64,000 nt of DNA, from contig JBEKXF010000006.1 of the NCBI GenBank assembly GCA_049512315.1, positions 1-64,000 on the forward strand, given 5' to 3'. Shown piece by piece: positions 27,023-36,731 of this stretch. Position 1 is the first letter of the stretch, and every line of letters begins with the position of its first letter. A model generated the notes under the pieces. That model made no database searches and was not told the origin of the DNA. It saw only the letters and a program-made list of their open reading frames with translations. The position numbers and the translations under genes were made by a program. The DNA comes from Candidatus Aminicenantales bacterium (GTDB lineage Bacteria; Acidobacteriota; Aminicenantia; Aminicenantales; Saccharicenantaceae).

Positions 27023-27126
27023 CGCTCTTGATCCTTCAACTCAAATTCTCGTACGTTCCCTGCACTGTCACCATGGGAATGTCCTGAGGTTCCTTCTTCT
27101 GCGTTCTCCGAAATAAAAATTCATTC

Positions 27127-27156
27127 TATATATAGACCAATTCTACGAATTGTCAA
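27127..27156 (-). promoter_or_regulatory. Putative sigma70 promoter of the ATP-grasp/GNAT/kamA operon
   Basis: TTGACA at 27156-27151 followed 16-18 bp later by TATATA in AT-rich DNA. Confidence 0.5.
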
Positions 27157-27338
27157 GTTTTTTCTGCGAAGGAGCCACCTTTTTTTGTAGAGAAGAAGAA
27201 AACCGGCACCATTAGTGGTGTCAGATCCGTGCGTCCGCACGCCTCTCCAAAACCGGACGACCGGTGATGAACACGGATCGGCGCCGGCCCTGCCGGAATT
27301 TTATTTGCGGAAAAGCATCGCCAAGACCTCCGTTCGGA

Positions 27339-28586
27339 TCATCGGAAAAAAACGATCGTGACGAGAATGAAGAGCGGGATGAGGACCGCTCCCGAATAGG
27401 CCATGTAGCCGAAGAACGACGGCATTCTGTACTGATAGTTCTCCGCGATGCACTTGACCATGAAATTGGGGCCGTTCCCGATGTAGGAGTTGGCCCCCAT
27501 GAAAACGGCCCCGGCGCTGATAGCCTTGAGAACGAGCGGCGGGATCCCCGCCGGAACGCCGCCGAGCCCGAGCCCCTGGGCCAGGGCGAAAAACGCGAGA
27601 TACGTCGGGGTGTTGTCGAGGAACGACGAGAGCCCTCCCGTGGCCCAGAAAAACTGCCATGGCCTCGTCATCCCCAGCTCCGCGGCCCGGGTCTTAAGGA
27701 TGAGGAGAGCCGGGACCATGGTCACGAAGATCCCGGCGAAGAGGATGGCGACCTCCAGGATGGGGTCGTAGGTGAACCGGTTCTCCTTCCTCAGCGATCT
27801 TTTTGTCGTGGCGAGAGACAGTCCCGCCATGAGGATGAGGGCCCCTTCCCGGGCCGGGAACGGCAGGAACATCGCCCCGACGACCCCGCCGACCCAGGCG
27901 AAGTTCAAGGTCCCTTTCGAGCGGAGCGGCACGACCCGCTCCCGGTCGCGGATGAGGTCTTTCATCGTTTCCCGGTCGTATTGATAGTTGTCGAAGACAA
28001 AAAAGACGACGAGGACGGCCCCGACCGTGAGCGCCCAGACCGGCAGGAGGCGCAGCGTCCAGAAGAACGGGACGCCCTTGAGAAGGCCCATGAAAAGCGG
28101 CGGGTCGCCGAGCGGCGTCAAACAGCCGCCGATGTTCGAGACCAGGAAGATGAAAAATATCGGGATATGGACGGTCCGGTGCCGTTCGCGATTGGTCTGG
28201 AGCAGGGGCCGGATGAGGAGCATGCTGGCGCCGGTCGTCCCCACGAAGTTGGCCAGGACGGCGCCGATGAGGAGGAAGGTCGTGTTGACGAGGGGAGTCG
28301 CCCGGATATCGCCGCGGACGACGACCCCGCCGGAGATGACGAACAGGGCCGTGAGAAGGATCAGGAACGAGGCGTAATCCTTGATCGAGAGGAGGAGCTC
28401 GTGCGGCGCGCGGAGCAGGAACAGGACGGCGATGGGAAGGGACCAGAGGGCCGCGACCAGCGCCTTGTTGCGGTGCCGTTCCCAGAATCGCGGGGCCCGC
28501 AGGGGGAGCAGGGCGATGGACAGAAGAAGCCCCACGAAGGGGACGACGGTCCAAAGCGGCAGCGCGTGTCCGAAGTTATCGATCAT
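27339..28586 (-). CDS. IT-superfamily transporter (putative Na+/H+ antiporter / CitMHS-like)
   Basis: Polytopic membrane protein; GTTGASMLLIRP, NIGG.LTPLGDPPL, LDNTPTY, YIGNGPNFMVK. Confidence 0.82.
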   Translation of the reverse strand: MIDNFGHALPLWTVVPFVGLLLSIALLPLRAPRFWERHRNKALVAALWSLPIAVLFLLRAPHELLLSIKDYASFLILLTALFVISGGVVVRGDIRATPLVNTTFLLIGAVLANFVGTTGASMLLIRPLLQTNRERHRTVHIPIFFIFLVSNIGGCLTPLGDPPLFMGLLKGVPFFWTLRLLPVWALTVGAVLVVFFVFDNYQYDRETMKDLIRDRERVVPLRSKGTLNFAWVGGVVGAMFLPFPAREGALILMAGLSLATTKRSLRKENRFTYDPILEVAILFAGIFVTMVPALLILKTRAAELGMTRPWQFFWATGGLSSFLDNTPTYLAFFALAQGLGLGGVPAGIPPLVLKAISAGAVFMGANSYIGNGPNFMVKCIAENYQYRMPSFFGYMAYSGAVLIPLFILVTIVFFR

Positions 28587-28643
28587 GATCCATCTATTGT
28601 AGCGGAAGGCGCCGGTTTCGCGAAGAGGTTGGAAGGGCTCGCC

Positions 28644-29480
28644 CTACGGAAGGAACGCCGTGGAGAGATAGTAGGCCCGGACGGGGAGCTTCCTCCTGCG
28701 CGCTCTCTGCTCGACAGGCTTCTGGAGTGATTGGCGGTCGCTCGGCGGTGTCTGAAAGAGGAGGACGGCGCCGGCGTCGAACAAGCTTTCGAGGACGGGG
28801 AGCGGCAGGCCTATCTGCACGTACACGGCCGCCCGAGAGCCGGCCGCCCGCGCGGCCCGGATGACGCTTAGGCCGAGCTCGGTCGGCGCGCCGGCCTCGA
28901 GGCCCCGGTCCGAAAAATGGATCCAGGCGCCGCGCGAGGCGAGCTCCGTCAGGCCAGGGACCAAAGGGCCATGGTGATAAACGACGAAATAGCCGCGGCC
29001 GTCGGCCACGTCTTCCGCGAGCTCCGCCAGGGTGCCGAAGTCCCGGGCCTGGACCCGATTCGAGAGATGGACGTCCATCCCGGAGGAGGCGAGGCCCCGG
29101 AGCGCGGACAGGGAAAGTCTTTCCGGGCCGGAGTCAGATTCGATCGGACCGTTGTGGAGATAAGCGAGGAACGATCCGGAAGCCCGGCAGGCCTTCAGGA
29201 TCCTGGCGAGCTCCGCCTCGCTCGACCGGGCCTCGTCGGACGTGTAGCACCGGACCTTTTCCCGGATCAACCATTCGAGGTCGCTCATCTCGAACCGTCC
29301 CGTGTCGAGCAGGCTCATCCCGATCCCCTTCGACCGGGCGGTCCGGGCCACATCGAGCAGGGCTTCGCGCCCGAACTGGTCGTCGCGAATGACGATGCCG
29401 CGGCCGAGGCGGACCCGGTCGAGGAGCTCGTATGTCTTGACGACGTCCTCGATTCCTTGTTCGACGGGGTGCTTGTCCAT
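28644..29480 (-). CDS. Hypothetical protein with internal beta-alpha repeats
   Basis: Clean ORF with GC3-rich codons and about four degenerate internal repeats. Confidence 0.65.
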   Translation of the reverse strand: MDKHPVEQGIEDVVKTYELLDRVRLGRGIVIRDDQFGREALLDVARTARSKGIGMSLLDTGRFEMSDLEWLIREKVRCYTSDEARSSEAELARILKACRASGSFLAYLHNGPIESDSGPERLSLSALRGLASSGMDVHLSNRVQARDFGTLAELAEDVADGRGYFVVYHHGPLVPGLTELASRGAWIHFSDRGLEAGAPTELGLSVIRAARAAGSRAAVYVQIGLPLPVLESLFDAGAVLLFQTPPSDRQSLQKPVEQRARRRKLPVRAYYLSTAFLP

Positions 29481-29608
29481 GATTGGAAATTCAAGATATA
29501 CCATCCGAGCCGGCGAGTGTCAAATGGTCGGACGGATCCTGGCCCGGCAAAATCCGCGGCTTGAAAAAGGCGTGGTTGTCATCTATCATCGGGGCGGAGC
29601 CGAGAAAC

Positions 29609-30304
29609 GTGAAATCCTGCGCCGTCCTGTTTTCGGGGGGGATCGACTCGACGACCGCCCTCTACTGGGCGCTCGAGCGGTACGACAAGGTCTTTCCTCT
29701 GACCTTCGATTACGGCCAGCGGCACAGGGTGGAGATCCGGATGGCCGGCCGGCTCGTCCGGAAGCTCGGGCTGACGCGGACCCTCCTCAAGGTCGACCTG
29801 AGTCAGGTCGGCGGTTCGGCCTTGACCGATCCCGCAATCCCCGTCCCCCGGTTCAAATCGACCTCGCGGCTTCCGGCCGGGCCCCCGACGACTTATGTCC
29901 CCTTCCGCAACGGCATTTTCCTGGCCCTCGCGGCCGCTTGGGCAGAGGCCCGGCGTGTGCGGGACCTGGTCTGCGGGTTTCATGTCATCGACTCGCCCGA
30001 CTATCCGGACACCCGCAGGGAGTTCGTCCGGGCCATGGAAAGGGCCATCAACCTCGGAACAGCGGCCGCCTTCGGCGGCCCGAAGACGCGCGTTCTCGCG
30101 CCCTTCCTCGGCCTGAGCAAGGTCGAGATCATCCGGAGGGGCCTGGCGCTCAGAGCGGATTATTCGACCTCGGTCTCCTGCTACGCGGGCCGGGAAGTCC
30201 CGTGCCGGACGTGCTCGTCCTGCCTCCTGCGGGACGCCGCCTGGAAAGAGGTCGGCCGCAAGGACCCTCTCATCGCCAGGCTCCGAAAGGAAGGAAGATC
30301 ATGA
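29609..30304 (+). CDS. queC: 7-cyano-7-deazaguanine synthase
   Basis: LFSGGIDST, FDYGQRH, YVPFRN, YPDTR, SCY..C..C..C; GTG start. Confidence 0.95.
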   Translation: MKSCAVLFSGGIDSTTALYWALERYDKVFPLTFDYGQRHRVEIRMAGRLVRKLGLTRTLLKVDLSQVGGSALTDPAIPVPRFKSTSRLPAGPPTTYVPFRNGIFLALAAAWAEARRVRDLVCGFHVIDSPDYPDTRREFVRAMERAINLGTAAAFGGPKTRVLAPFLGLSKVEIIRRGLALRADYSTSVSCYAGREVPCRTCSSCLLRDAAWKEVGRKDPLIARLRKEGRS

Positions 30305-30648
30305 GCTGGACACTCAAAGTCAGGGACAGGTTCTCCGCCGCCCACTATCTCAAAGGATACAAGGGAAAGTGCGAGAAGGTCCATGGCCACACGTTCCAGG
30401 TCGAGGTCGAGATCAGGGTCGGCGAACTCGACGCCGCCGGGATCGGGGTTGATTTCACCGAGGTCAAGGAAAAGCTGGCTGCGGTCCTCCCCGATCACAC
30501 ACTTCTCAACGAGGCCTACCCCTTCAACCCTTCCGCCGAGAACCTGGCCCGTCACCTCTATGGCGAGCTCAAGAAATATTATCCCGTCCGGGCCGTGACG
30601 GTCTGGGAGTCCGAGGATGCGTCGGCCACCTACGCTGAAGACGATTGA
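30301..30648 (+). CDS. queD: 6-carboxytetrahydropterin synthase
   Basis: FSAAH, CEKVHGH, DH..LN, NPSAENLA, VWES. Confidence 0.95.
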   Translation: MSWTLKVRDRFSAAHYLKGYKGKCEKVHGHTFQVEVEIRVGELDAAGIGVDFTEVKEKLAAVLPDHTLLNEAYPFNPSAENLARHLYGELKKYYPVRAVTVWESEDASATYAEDD

Positions 30649-31246
30649 GGCGTTCGCCTCCGTCCAGGGTGAAGGGCTCCGCCAGGGGGAGCCGACCCTC
30701 TTTGTCCGCCTCGCCGGCTGCAATTTGAGATGCCCTTTTTGCGATACGAAACGTGCCTGGAGGGGCGGCCGCCCGAGGATGGTCGCCGAGATCACGGACG
30801 AGGTCCGCAAGCTCCGGCGAGGCTTTCCGGCCCGCTGGGTCTGCCTGACGGGCGGCGAGCCGTTGGCCCAGGACATCGGCCCTCTTGTCCGGGAGCTCCG
30901 GCGGCAAGGCCTCTTCGTCCAGGTCGAAACGAACGGCACGTTCGAGCCCGGCCCGTCCGCGGATTGGTACACGGTGTCCCCGAAACCCCCGGCTTATATG
31001 TTCCACCCCGGCTTCAGGAAAAAGGCGAGGGAAGTGAAGCTTGTCGTCAGCCGCGGCCTGGCCGCCGATACCATTCGCGTCGTCCGCCAGGCCTTCCCTC
31101 CCGCCGTCCCGGTCCTCCTTCAACCGCAGAGCAACGCCCCTTGGAGCAGGCGGAAGGCGATGAGGCTCCTGCAGGAGGCCTCGCGCCAGGGTCTCGAGAA
31201 CATCCGCGTCTCCGTTCAGCTCCACAAGATCTATAATCTAAAATAA
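30617..31246 (+). CDS. queE: 7-carboxy-7-deazaguanine synthase (radical SAM)
   Basis: SVQGEG, RLAGCNLRCPFCDT, TGGEP, ETNG, SVQLHK. Confidence 0.95.
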   Translation: MRRPPTLKTIEAFASVQGEGLRQGEPTLFVRLAGCNLRCPFCDTKRAWRGGRPRMVAEITDEVRKLRRGFPARWVCLTGGEPLAQDIGPLVRELRRQGLFVQVETNGTFEPGPSADWYTVSPKPPAYMFHPGFRKKAREVKLVVSRGLAADTIRVVRQAFPPAVPVLLQPQSNAPWSRRKAMRLLQEASRQGLENIRVSVQLHKIYNLK

Positions 31247-31368
31247 AAATAACGAGACCGGCGGCACGGTACCAATCCCTATGTCCGGGCGTTATTAAAA
31301 GGGGCAAGGGGAAAGGCCGGAACGTGATGAATCAGCTTAGCCTCCCCGAAGCGTTTTTAAATGAACCG

Positions 31369-31576
31369 GCGGACGCAGGGGGATGTCCCGGAGAAAACAT
31401 TGAGCGCGACCCGGGCACGGATGGGAAAAAGGGACAGTCCCTGGAACAAAATACTCAGAGACTCGTTTCAGATATTTACCAAAAGTGCGGCTCCGAGCCG
31501 CTCCGCCACACTTCTGCTGGTCGCTCCTCAGAATCCGCTCCCTGCCGGAGGGACTCCCCCCGAGTCCGCAACCTTC
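31369..31576 (+). repeat. ~208-bp structured repeat (MITE/REP-like or ncRNA), copy 1
   Basis: Nearly identical to the reverse complement of 35127-35335. Ends are self-complementary (GCGGAC..GGGGGA..TCCC / GGGA.TCCCCC..GTCCGC), with an internal AGGGAC-A-GTCCCT palindrome. Confidence 0.92.
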
Positions 31577-31594
31577 GAAAGACCGGCCGGAGGT

Positions 31595-32671
31595 CTAATA
31601 GCGTTTCCAGAGGGCGCCCCACTCCGTTTTCATGAACTTCCGGATGCGGCGCCGGCCGATCGTCGGGTACCATAGAAGGTCGTGATAGATGTTGCTGGCG
31701 AGCGGGGCCCAGAAGACGAGCGGCGAGTGGAGGAGGACTTTCTCCAATGATCTCAAGAACCCCTTGCGGATCATCTGATCGCCCCAGATGACGAAGCTCC
31801 GCCGGCTCCTGAAGCCGAAGTCGAGGCCGGAGGTGTCCTCGCCGGTGATCTCGATCTCCGCCGGGTCGCCGACGCCGAGCCCACGCTCGTGGGCCATCCG
31901 GATGAAAGGAATGCTCATGGGATCGAAGCCCATAATCCGGGCGGCGACCGCGTCGACGGCCAGCGAGTCGCCGCTCGCGAGGATCAGGTTCTTGACGCAG
32001 GGAACCATGGTCCGCGGGCCGGCGCCGTCGCCGCAGACCGTCCCGTCCATGACGCAGAAAAGTCCGGGGTGGAGCTCCCGCTGCATGGTGAGGAGGTCCA
32101 CCAGGACCTCGTGGATGTACTTGTGGGCGTAATGCCGGACCTCCTTGAGGAGTCCTCCGAAGGCGTTCTTGACCGCGCCCGTCGTCGTCGAGTGGCCGTG
32201 CGTCTTGACCGTGGGGAGATGGAGGATGCTCTTGCCGAGGAACATCTTCGGGATCTGGATCCCTTCCGGAAAGATCTCGTTCAGCTTGAGAAGGGGGTCG
32301 CGGAATTCGTGAACCGTCCACTCGACCTCGGGGAGCGGCGTGAACCCGAGCCCGTATCTTTCGAGGACGGGCAGCCACTTGTTGTTGCGGGCGCCCTTGC
32401 GGGGATTGGTCACGACCGTCTTGTTTTCGATCGGGAAGAGCCTATCCCTGGAATATCCGCTTTCGATGAGGGTCCGGACGACGCCCTCCACCTGCCACGG
32501 CTCGCTCGAGCAGGCCGGGAAATACTTCGTCCAGGAGAGGTTGAGCTTGATCAGAGTGTCGCGGTCCTTCGGCAGGAACCTCCGGTAATCGGCCAGCTCC
32601 ATCAGCCTTCGATAATCGTCGAGGACGGTCGCGGGGTTCGTTTTGAGGATGGCGACTTTGGCCCGGGTCAT
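31595..32671 (-). CDS. DUF362 domain protein
   Basis: LIKLNL, LPTVKTH..TTTGAVKN.FG, DG..CGDG.GP, D..AVD...A.IMG.DP. Confidence 0.85.
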   Translation of the reverse strand: MTRAKVAILKTNPATVLDDYRRLMELADYRRFLPKDRDTLIKLNLSWTKYFPACSSEPWQVEGVVRTLIESGYSRDRLFPIENKTVVTNPRKGARNNKWLPVLERYGLGFTPLPEVEWTVHEFRDPLLKLNEIFPEGIQIPKMFLGKSILHLPTVKTHGHSTTTGAVKNAFGGLLKEVRHYAHKYIHEVLVDLLTMQRELHPGLFCVMDGTVCGDGAGPRTMVPCVKNLILASGDSLAVDAVAARIMGFDPMSIPFIRMAHERGLGVGDPAEIEITGEDTSGLDFGFRSRRSFVIWGDQMIRKGFLRSLEKVLLHSPLVFWAPLASNIYHDLLWYPTIGRRRIRKFMKTEWGALWKRY

Positions 32672-32678
32672 TCTCGCC

Positions 32679-33551
32679 TCATTTGAAATGGAGGATCAGG
32701 GCCGCGGCCGCGATCCACAGGAAAATATCGAGGAGGAGCGGCTTGTCACGGATGATCAGGGCCTCGGGCGTCCCGCCCTCCGCCTTCTGGTGGATCAGGT
32801 AGAGGTAGCGGAAGATCCCGTAGAGGACGAAGGGGACGGTGAAGATGAGGTTCCGCGTCCCGAACTTGGCAACCGTCTCCGCGGAGATCGTATACAGGCA
32901 GTAGGCCAGCAGCGTCGAGGCCGTGACCACGGAGATCATCTGGTCCAGGAGATAGGTGTTGTATTCCTTGAGGATCGGCCGGTGGCTCGCCGCGTCCTTG
33001 TCGAGGAGGACGAGCTCGTATCGCCTCTTGCCCATGGCCAGGAAAAGCGCGAGGAGGATGGTGCAGATGAGGAGCCACGACGAGATCTCGACCTTGATGG
33101 CCAGCCCTCCGGCGACCACCCGGATGAGGAAGCCCGCCGCGACGACGAAGACGTCCAGGATGACGACGTGCTTGAGCCACATCGAATACGTGGTCTGGAG
33201 GACGAGATACCCGGCCGCGATGAGCAGGAACGGGACGTTGATCGCGGCGGCCAGGGCGAGCCCGGCGGCGCCGAAGACGAGGAGGGCGACGACCGCCGGC
33301 CCCTTCTGGAGCCGGCCTGAAGCCAGGGGCCGCTTCGATTTGACGGGGTGCCGCCGGTCCTCCTCGAGGTCGCGGAGATCATTGAAGATGTAATGGGCGC
33401 TCGAGATCAGACAGAACGCCGCGAAGGCCTCGATGGTCTTGACGAGGAGGGGACCGTTGAAGATGTTCCGGGAAAAAATGAGCGGGGCGAAGATGAAAAG
33501 ATTCTTGATCCATTGCTGGGGGCGCAGGGACTTAAAAATCTCGATAAGCAT
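32679..33551 (-). CDS. UbiA family prenyltransferase (decaprenyl-phosphate phosphoribosyltransferase-like)
   Basis: LRPQQWIKNLFIF, NDLRDLEEDRRHPVK..RPLASG, KRR.EL, YGIFRY. Confidence 0.9.
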   Translation of the reverse strand: MLIEIFKSLRPQQWIKNLFIFAPLIFSRNIFNGPLLVKTIEAFAAFCLISSAHYIFNDLRDLEEDRRHPVKSKRPLASGRLQKGPAVVALLVFGAAGLALAAAINVPFLLIAAGYLVLQTTYSMWLKHVVILDVFVVAAGFLIRVVAGGLAIKVEISSWLLICTILLALFLAMGKRRYELVLLDKDAASHRPILKEYNTYLLDQMISVVTASTLLAYCLYTISAETVAKFGTRNLIFTVPFVLYGIFRYLYLIHQKAEGGTPEALIIRDKPLLLDIFLWIAAAALILHFK

Positions 33552-33602
33552 CGTCCGTCTCGTCCCATTCTAAGAATTCGGGTCCGAAATATCAAACGAA
33601 AT

Positions 33603-34529
33603 CTAGGGGGCGGGTCGGCGCTCGAAGAACCGGTATCCGGAGCGCGTCAGATAAACCCCGGCGAGGACGACGGCCGAACCGACGGCTTCGCTCGTCGAGA
33701 ACCGCTCGCCGAGAAAGAAGCCCGCGAAGGCCACGGCGAAGATCGGGGTCAGGTTGCTGTAGATCCCCGTCTTGGAGCTCCCGACCTCCCGCAACGAGAC
33801 GTACCAGATGATGAAGCAGAAGACGATGGCGACGAGGCCCGAGTAGAGGATCGCCCCCCAGCCCGCCCAGGATATTTTGTGCCATTCGATCGCGGCCACC
33901 TCTTTCACCGTGAACGGAAGATAGAGGAGGGTCCCGGCCGCCGTGCCCACGGCCGCCAGCCCGACCGGAGAGCTCCTCTCGAGGACGGGCTTGGAAAAAA
34001 CCGTGTATCCGGCCCAGCAGATATTGGCGAGGATGATGAGGACCGCGCCGCGCGTCCCGTTCCCCTTGAAGATGGACCCGCCGTTCCCGCTGGCGATGAC
34101 CAGAAAGAAGCCGGCAAAAGAGATGAGGATCCCGACCCAGCCCGCCCAATGGATCCGCTCCTGACCCAGGGCCGTGCTGAGAAGGGCGATGAAAATGGGA
34201 CTCGTGGCCATGATCACCGACGCCGTCGAGGCGCTCGTCAAGCTGATGGCCTGGATGAAGAAGAGCTGGTAGGCGGTGATCCCCAGAACCCCCAGGCCGA
34301 CCGCCTTCCAGCCGTCGCCCCTGGCCAGGGCGGTCCGGCCCCGGCCGAAGGCGAGGAGGCCGAGGTAGACCAGGGAGGCGATCGTCAGTCGGATGGCGTT
34401 GAAGGCGTGCGGAGTGAGTTCCCGTAGGGCGATCTTGATCGCGGACAGGTTGACCGCCCAGAAGAGGACGGTCATGAGCATCAGGAGATCCGTCTTCCCG
34501 ATCTTCGTGCCGTTCTTCAATGCGATCAT
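33603..34529 (-). CDS. DMT/EamA family transporter
   Basis: About ten TM segments in two EamA halves; FWAVN..AIK and LGE motifs. Confidence 0.88.
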   Translation of the reverse strand: MIALKNGTKIGKTDLLMLMTVLFWAVNLSAIKIALRELTPHAFNAIRLTIASLVYLGLLAFGRGRTALARGDGWKAVGLGVLGITAYQLFFIQAISLTSASTASVIMATSPIFIALLSTALGQERIHWAGWVGILISFAGFFLVIASGNGGSIFKGNGTRGAVLIILANICWAGYTVFSKPVLERSSPVGLAAVGTAAGTLLYLPFTVKEVAAIEWHKISWAGWGAILYSGLVAIVFCFIIWYVSLREVGSSKTGIYSNLTPIFAVAFAGFFLGERFSTSEAVGSAVVLAGVYLTRSGYRFFERRPAP

Positions 34530-34585
34530 GCTGGGCGTTTTCTCTGGGCCGATGTTGTTGGTCCTGAGGGAAAAGACGGAGGTCC

Positions 34586-34996
34586 TCAGCGCTTCCGGGA
34601 GCCAAGACGCGGATAGCGGGCTTCGACGGAGGACTGGATCCCGCCCCTGGGGTTGAACTCGCCGGTCACGGAGGCGCTCTTCGGCCGGCAGGCCCGGACG
34701 ATGTCCTCGAGGATCCGGTTGACCACGTTTTCGTAAAAGATGCCGAGGTTCCGATAGGCCAGGAGGTATTCCTTCAACGATCGGAGCTCCAGGACCCTGC
34801 GGCCGGGGACGTAGCGGACGACGATCGTCCCGAAATCGGGGAGGCCCGTCTTGGGGCAGAGCGACGTGAACTCCGGGACCTCGATCGTGATCTCGTAATC
34901 CGGGAACTGGTTTTGGAACGTTTCGATCGCCGGGAGGTCGGCCCGGAGGCCGGATTTCGCTTCTTTGTCCGTGTACCTCGGCCTGGGTTTCCTCAT
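34586..34996 (-). CDS. queF: PreQ1 synthase (7-cyano-7-deazaguanine reductase)
   Basis: PEFTSLCPKTGLPDFGT, ELRSLKEYL, FNPRGGI. Confidence 0.94.
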   Translation of the reverse strand: MRKPRPRYTDKEAKSGLRADLPAIETFQNQFPDYEITIEVPEFTSLCPKTGLPDFGTIVVRYVPGRRVLELRSLKEYLLAYRNLGIFYENVVNRILEDIVRACRPKSASVTGEFNPRGGIQSSVEARYPRLGSRKR

Positions 34997-35028
34997 GAAT
35001 ATTCCTCATTAAGCCGTTGAATTTCCGT

Positions 35029-35057
35029 ATGATACACGAAATCCGTCAGGAGCGCAA
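35029..35057 (-). promoter_or_regulatory. Putative promoter of the queF block
   Basis: TTGCGC-17 bp-TATCAT upstream of queF. Confidence 0.5.
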
Positions 35058-35126
35058 TTCCGGGCCTCGGGGATGGCTTCCACTCCAGAGCTCGGTTATT
35101 CACGCCGTTCCCGCATCGTTTCATCT

Positions 35127-35335
35127 GAAGGGTGCGGACTCGGAGGGAGTCCCTCCGGCAGGGAGCGGATTCCGAGGAGCGACCAGCAGAAGTGTGGCGG
35201 AGCGGCTCGGAGCCGCACTTTTGGTAAATATTTGAAACGAGTCTCTGAGTATTTTGTTCCAGGGACAGTCCCTCTTTTCCATCCGTGCCCGCGTCGCGCT
35301 CAATGTTTTCTCCGGGACATCCCCCCTGCGTCCGC
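35127..35335 (-). repeat. ~208-bp structured repeat, copy 2 (inverted)
   Basis: Inverted copy of 31369-31576, with about nine differences by manual comparison. Confidence 0.92.
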
Positions 35336-35565
35336 TGCTTCTCCGTAAAAATTGGGAAGGCACACAAGCTTCAGCACGTCCCGGCCATTCCCGTTAGCGC
35401 TATTCATATGCCATGATTCTCTCGGCTTCCTCCGGGAATACCCCGCGCGCATTTTCCTTCTATCGCTTCAGCCCTCACCGAAGCTTCTGGCCGAAAATAG
35501 TATTCTCGTTTCAGGGCCGGCTCTCTTATAATAAGGAAGAATCCTTTATATAGAGAAGCCGACGC

Positions 35566-35769
35566 ATGAGAGAGTGCAACAGCAGGAAAAACCTGGCCCG
35601 CTGCAACTGCAGCTGGGAACCCTGCAGCCGCAAGGGGGTCTGCTGCGAGTGCCTGGCCTACCACTGGAGCCGCGAGGAGCTTCCGGCCTGCCTGTTCCCG
35701 GACGGGGTCGAGAAGACCTACGACCGTTCCCTCCGGATGTTCATCCAGACGTACAGGGACAGGATTTGA
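35566..35769 (+). CDS. Small Cys-rich protein (DUF6485-like)
   Basis: [36 protein letters not shown]. Confidence 0.75.
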   Translation: MRECNSRKNLARCNCSWEPCSRKGVCCECLAYHWSREELPACLFPDGVEKTYDRSLRMFIQTYRDRI

Positions 35770-35780
35770 GGAGGCCGGAG

Positions 35781-36731
35781 GTGCGGGCCGTCAGGAGAAA
35801 GGCCGAAAAACGCCGGTTCGTCTACGGCCCGGTCCCGTCCCGCCGGCTGGGGTTTTCCCTGGGCGTGGACATCCTGCCCTATAAGACATGCAGCCTCGAC
35901 TGCATTTATTGCCAGCTCGGTTCCGCCGGCCGGACGACAAGTCGGCGTCGGGCCTATTTTTCGGTCCGTGAAGTCCTGGCCCAGGTCCGGAAAGCGCTGG
36001 CCGCGTGCCCGATGGTGGACCACATCACTTTTTCCGGCTCCGGGGAGCCGACCCTGAACAGGAACCTGGGCCGGATCATCAGGGGCATCAAAAAAGCGAC
36101 CCGGGTCCCCGTGGCGGTCCTGACCAACGGCACGCTCCTCACCCGGCGGGACGTCCGTGCGGAGCTTCGCCCGGCCGATGTCGTGGTGCCGTCCTTGGAC
36201 GCCGCCACGGCCGCACTGTTCCGGAAGGTCAACCGTCCCCACCCCTCTCTCGAGGCGGCCAGGTTGATCAAAGGTCTCGCCCGCTTCCGGCGGGAGTTCA
36301 AGGGCCGGCTCTGGCTTGAGGTCATGCTGGTCAAGGGCGTCAACGATTCGTCGGCTCACATCCGGGCCCTGAAAAAGGCGATCGCCGCGATCGACCCGGA
36401 CCGGGTCCAGCTCAATACCGTCGTCCGGCCCCCCGCCGACGCGTCAGCCAAGCCCCTGACCGTCCGCGAACTCGAAAAAATCCGCCGGGCCCTGGGAGAG
36501 AAGGCGGAGATCGTCGCGGCCTTTGCCGGGCGGCGGCAATCCCGAAGGCCGGACGGTCTGGAAGCCGCGATCGTCGCCATCGTCAAGCGACGGCCGGTGA
36601 CGGTCGAAGACATTTCGGCCGCGCTCGGCAGACACCGGGACGACGTTCTCAAGGCTGCCGGGCGCCTTCTCGACTCCGGAAAGATCAGGTTCATCCGCCA
36701 CGGCCGAAAAGCGTTCTACGAGCCGGGATGA
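35781..36731 (+). CDS. Radical SAM protein (TYW1-like / COG0731)
   Basis: YGPVPSRRLG.SLG, CSLDCIYC, SGSGEPTL, LTNG; C-terminal wHTH-like region. Confidence 0.88.
   Translation: MRAVRRKAEKRRFVYGPVPSRRLGFSLGVDILPYKTCSLDCIYCQLGSAGRTTSRRRAYFSVREVLAQVRKALAACPMVDHITFSGSGEPTLNRNLGRIIRGIKKATRVPVAVLTNGTLLTRRDVRAELRPADVVVPSLDAATAALFRKVNRPHPSLEAARLIKGLARFRREFKGRLWLEVMLVKGVNDSSAHIRALKKAIAAIDPDRVQLNTVVRPPADASAKPLTVRELEKIRRALGEKAEIVAAFAGRRQSRRPDGLEAAIVAIVKRRPVTVEDISAALGRHRDDVLKAAGRLLDSGKIRFIRHGRKAFYEPG

Noticed and set aside
27206..27221. GCACCATTAGTGGTGT palindrome as an NtrC or NrdR site
   Set aside because: It is a single imperfect match whose spacing or bases deviate from both consensus sequences; unsupported.
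31247..31368. preQ1 riboswitch near the que genes
   Set aside because: No preQ1 consensus was recognised here, upstream of queC or upstream of queF.
33603..35009. 468-aa EamA ORF with a long N-terminal extension
   Set aside because: The extension overlaps queF in another frame; the likely start is 34529. Similar over-extensions affect 29302 (queD), 49722 (porin) and 35574 (radical SAM).
31324..35367. Paralogous small proteins 31361..31675 / 35121..35363 and 31324..31635 / 34993..35367
   Set aside because: Their similarity comes from the DNA repeat and holds in several frames, with an indel between copies; they are not credible genes.
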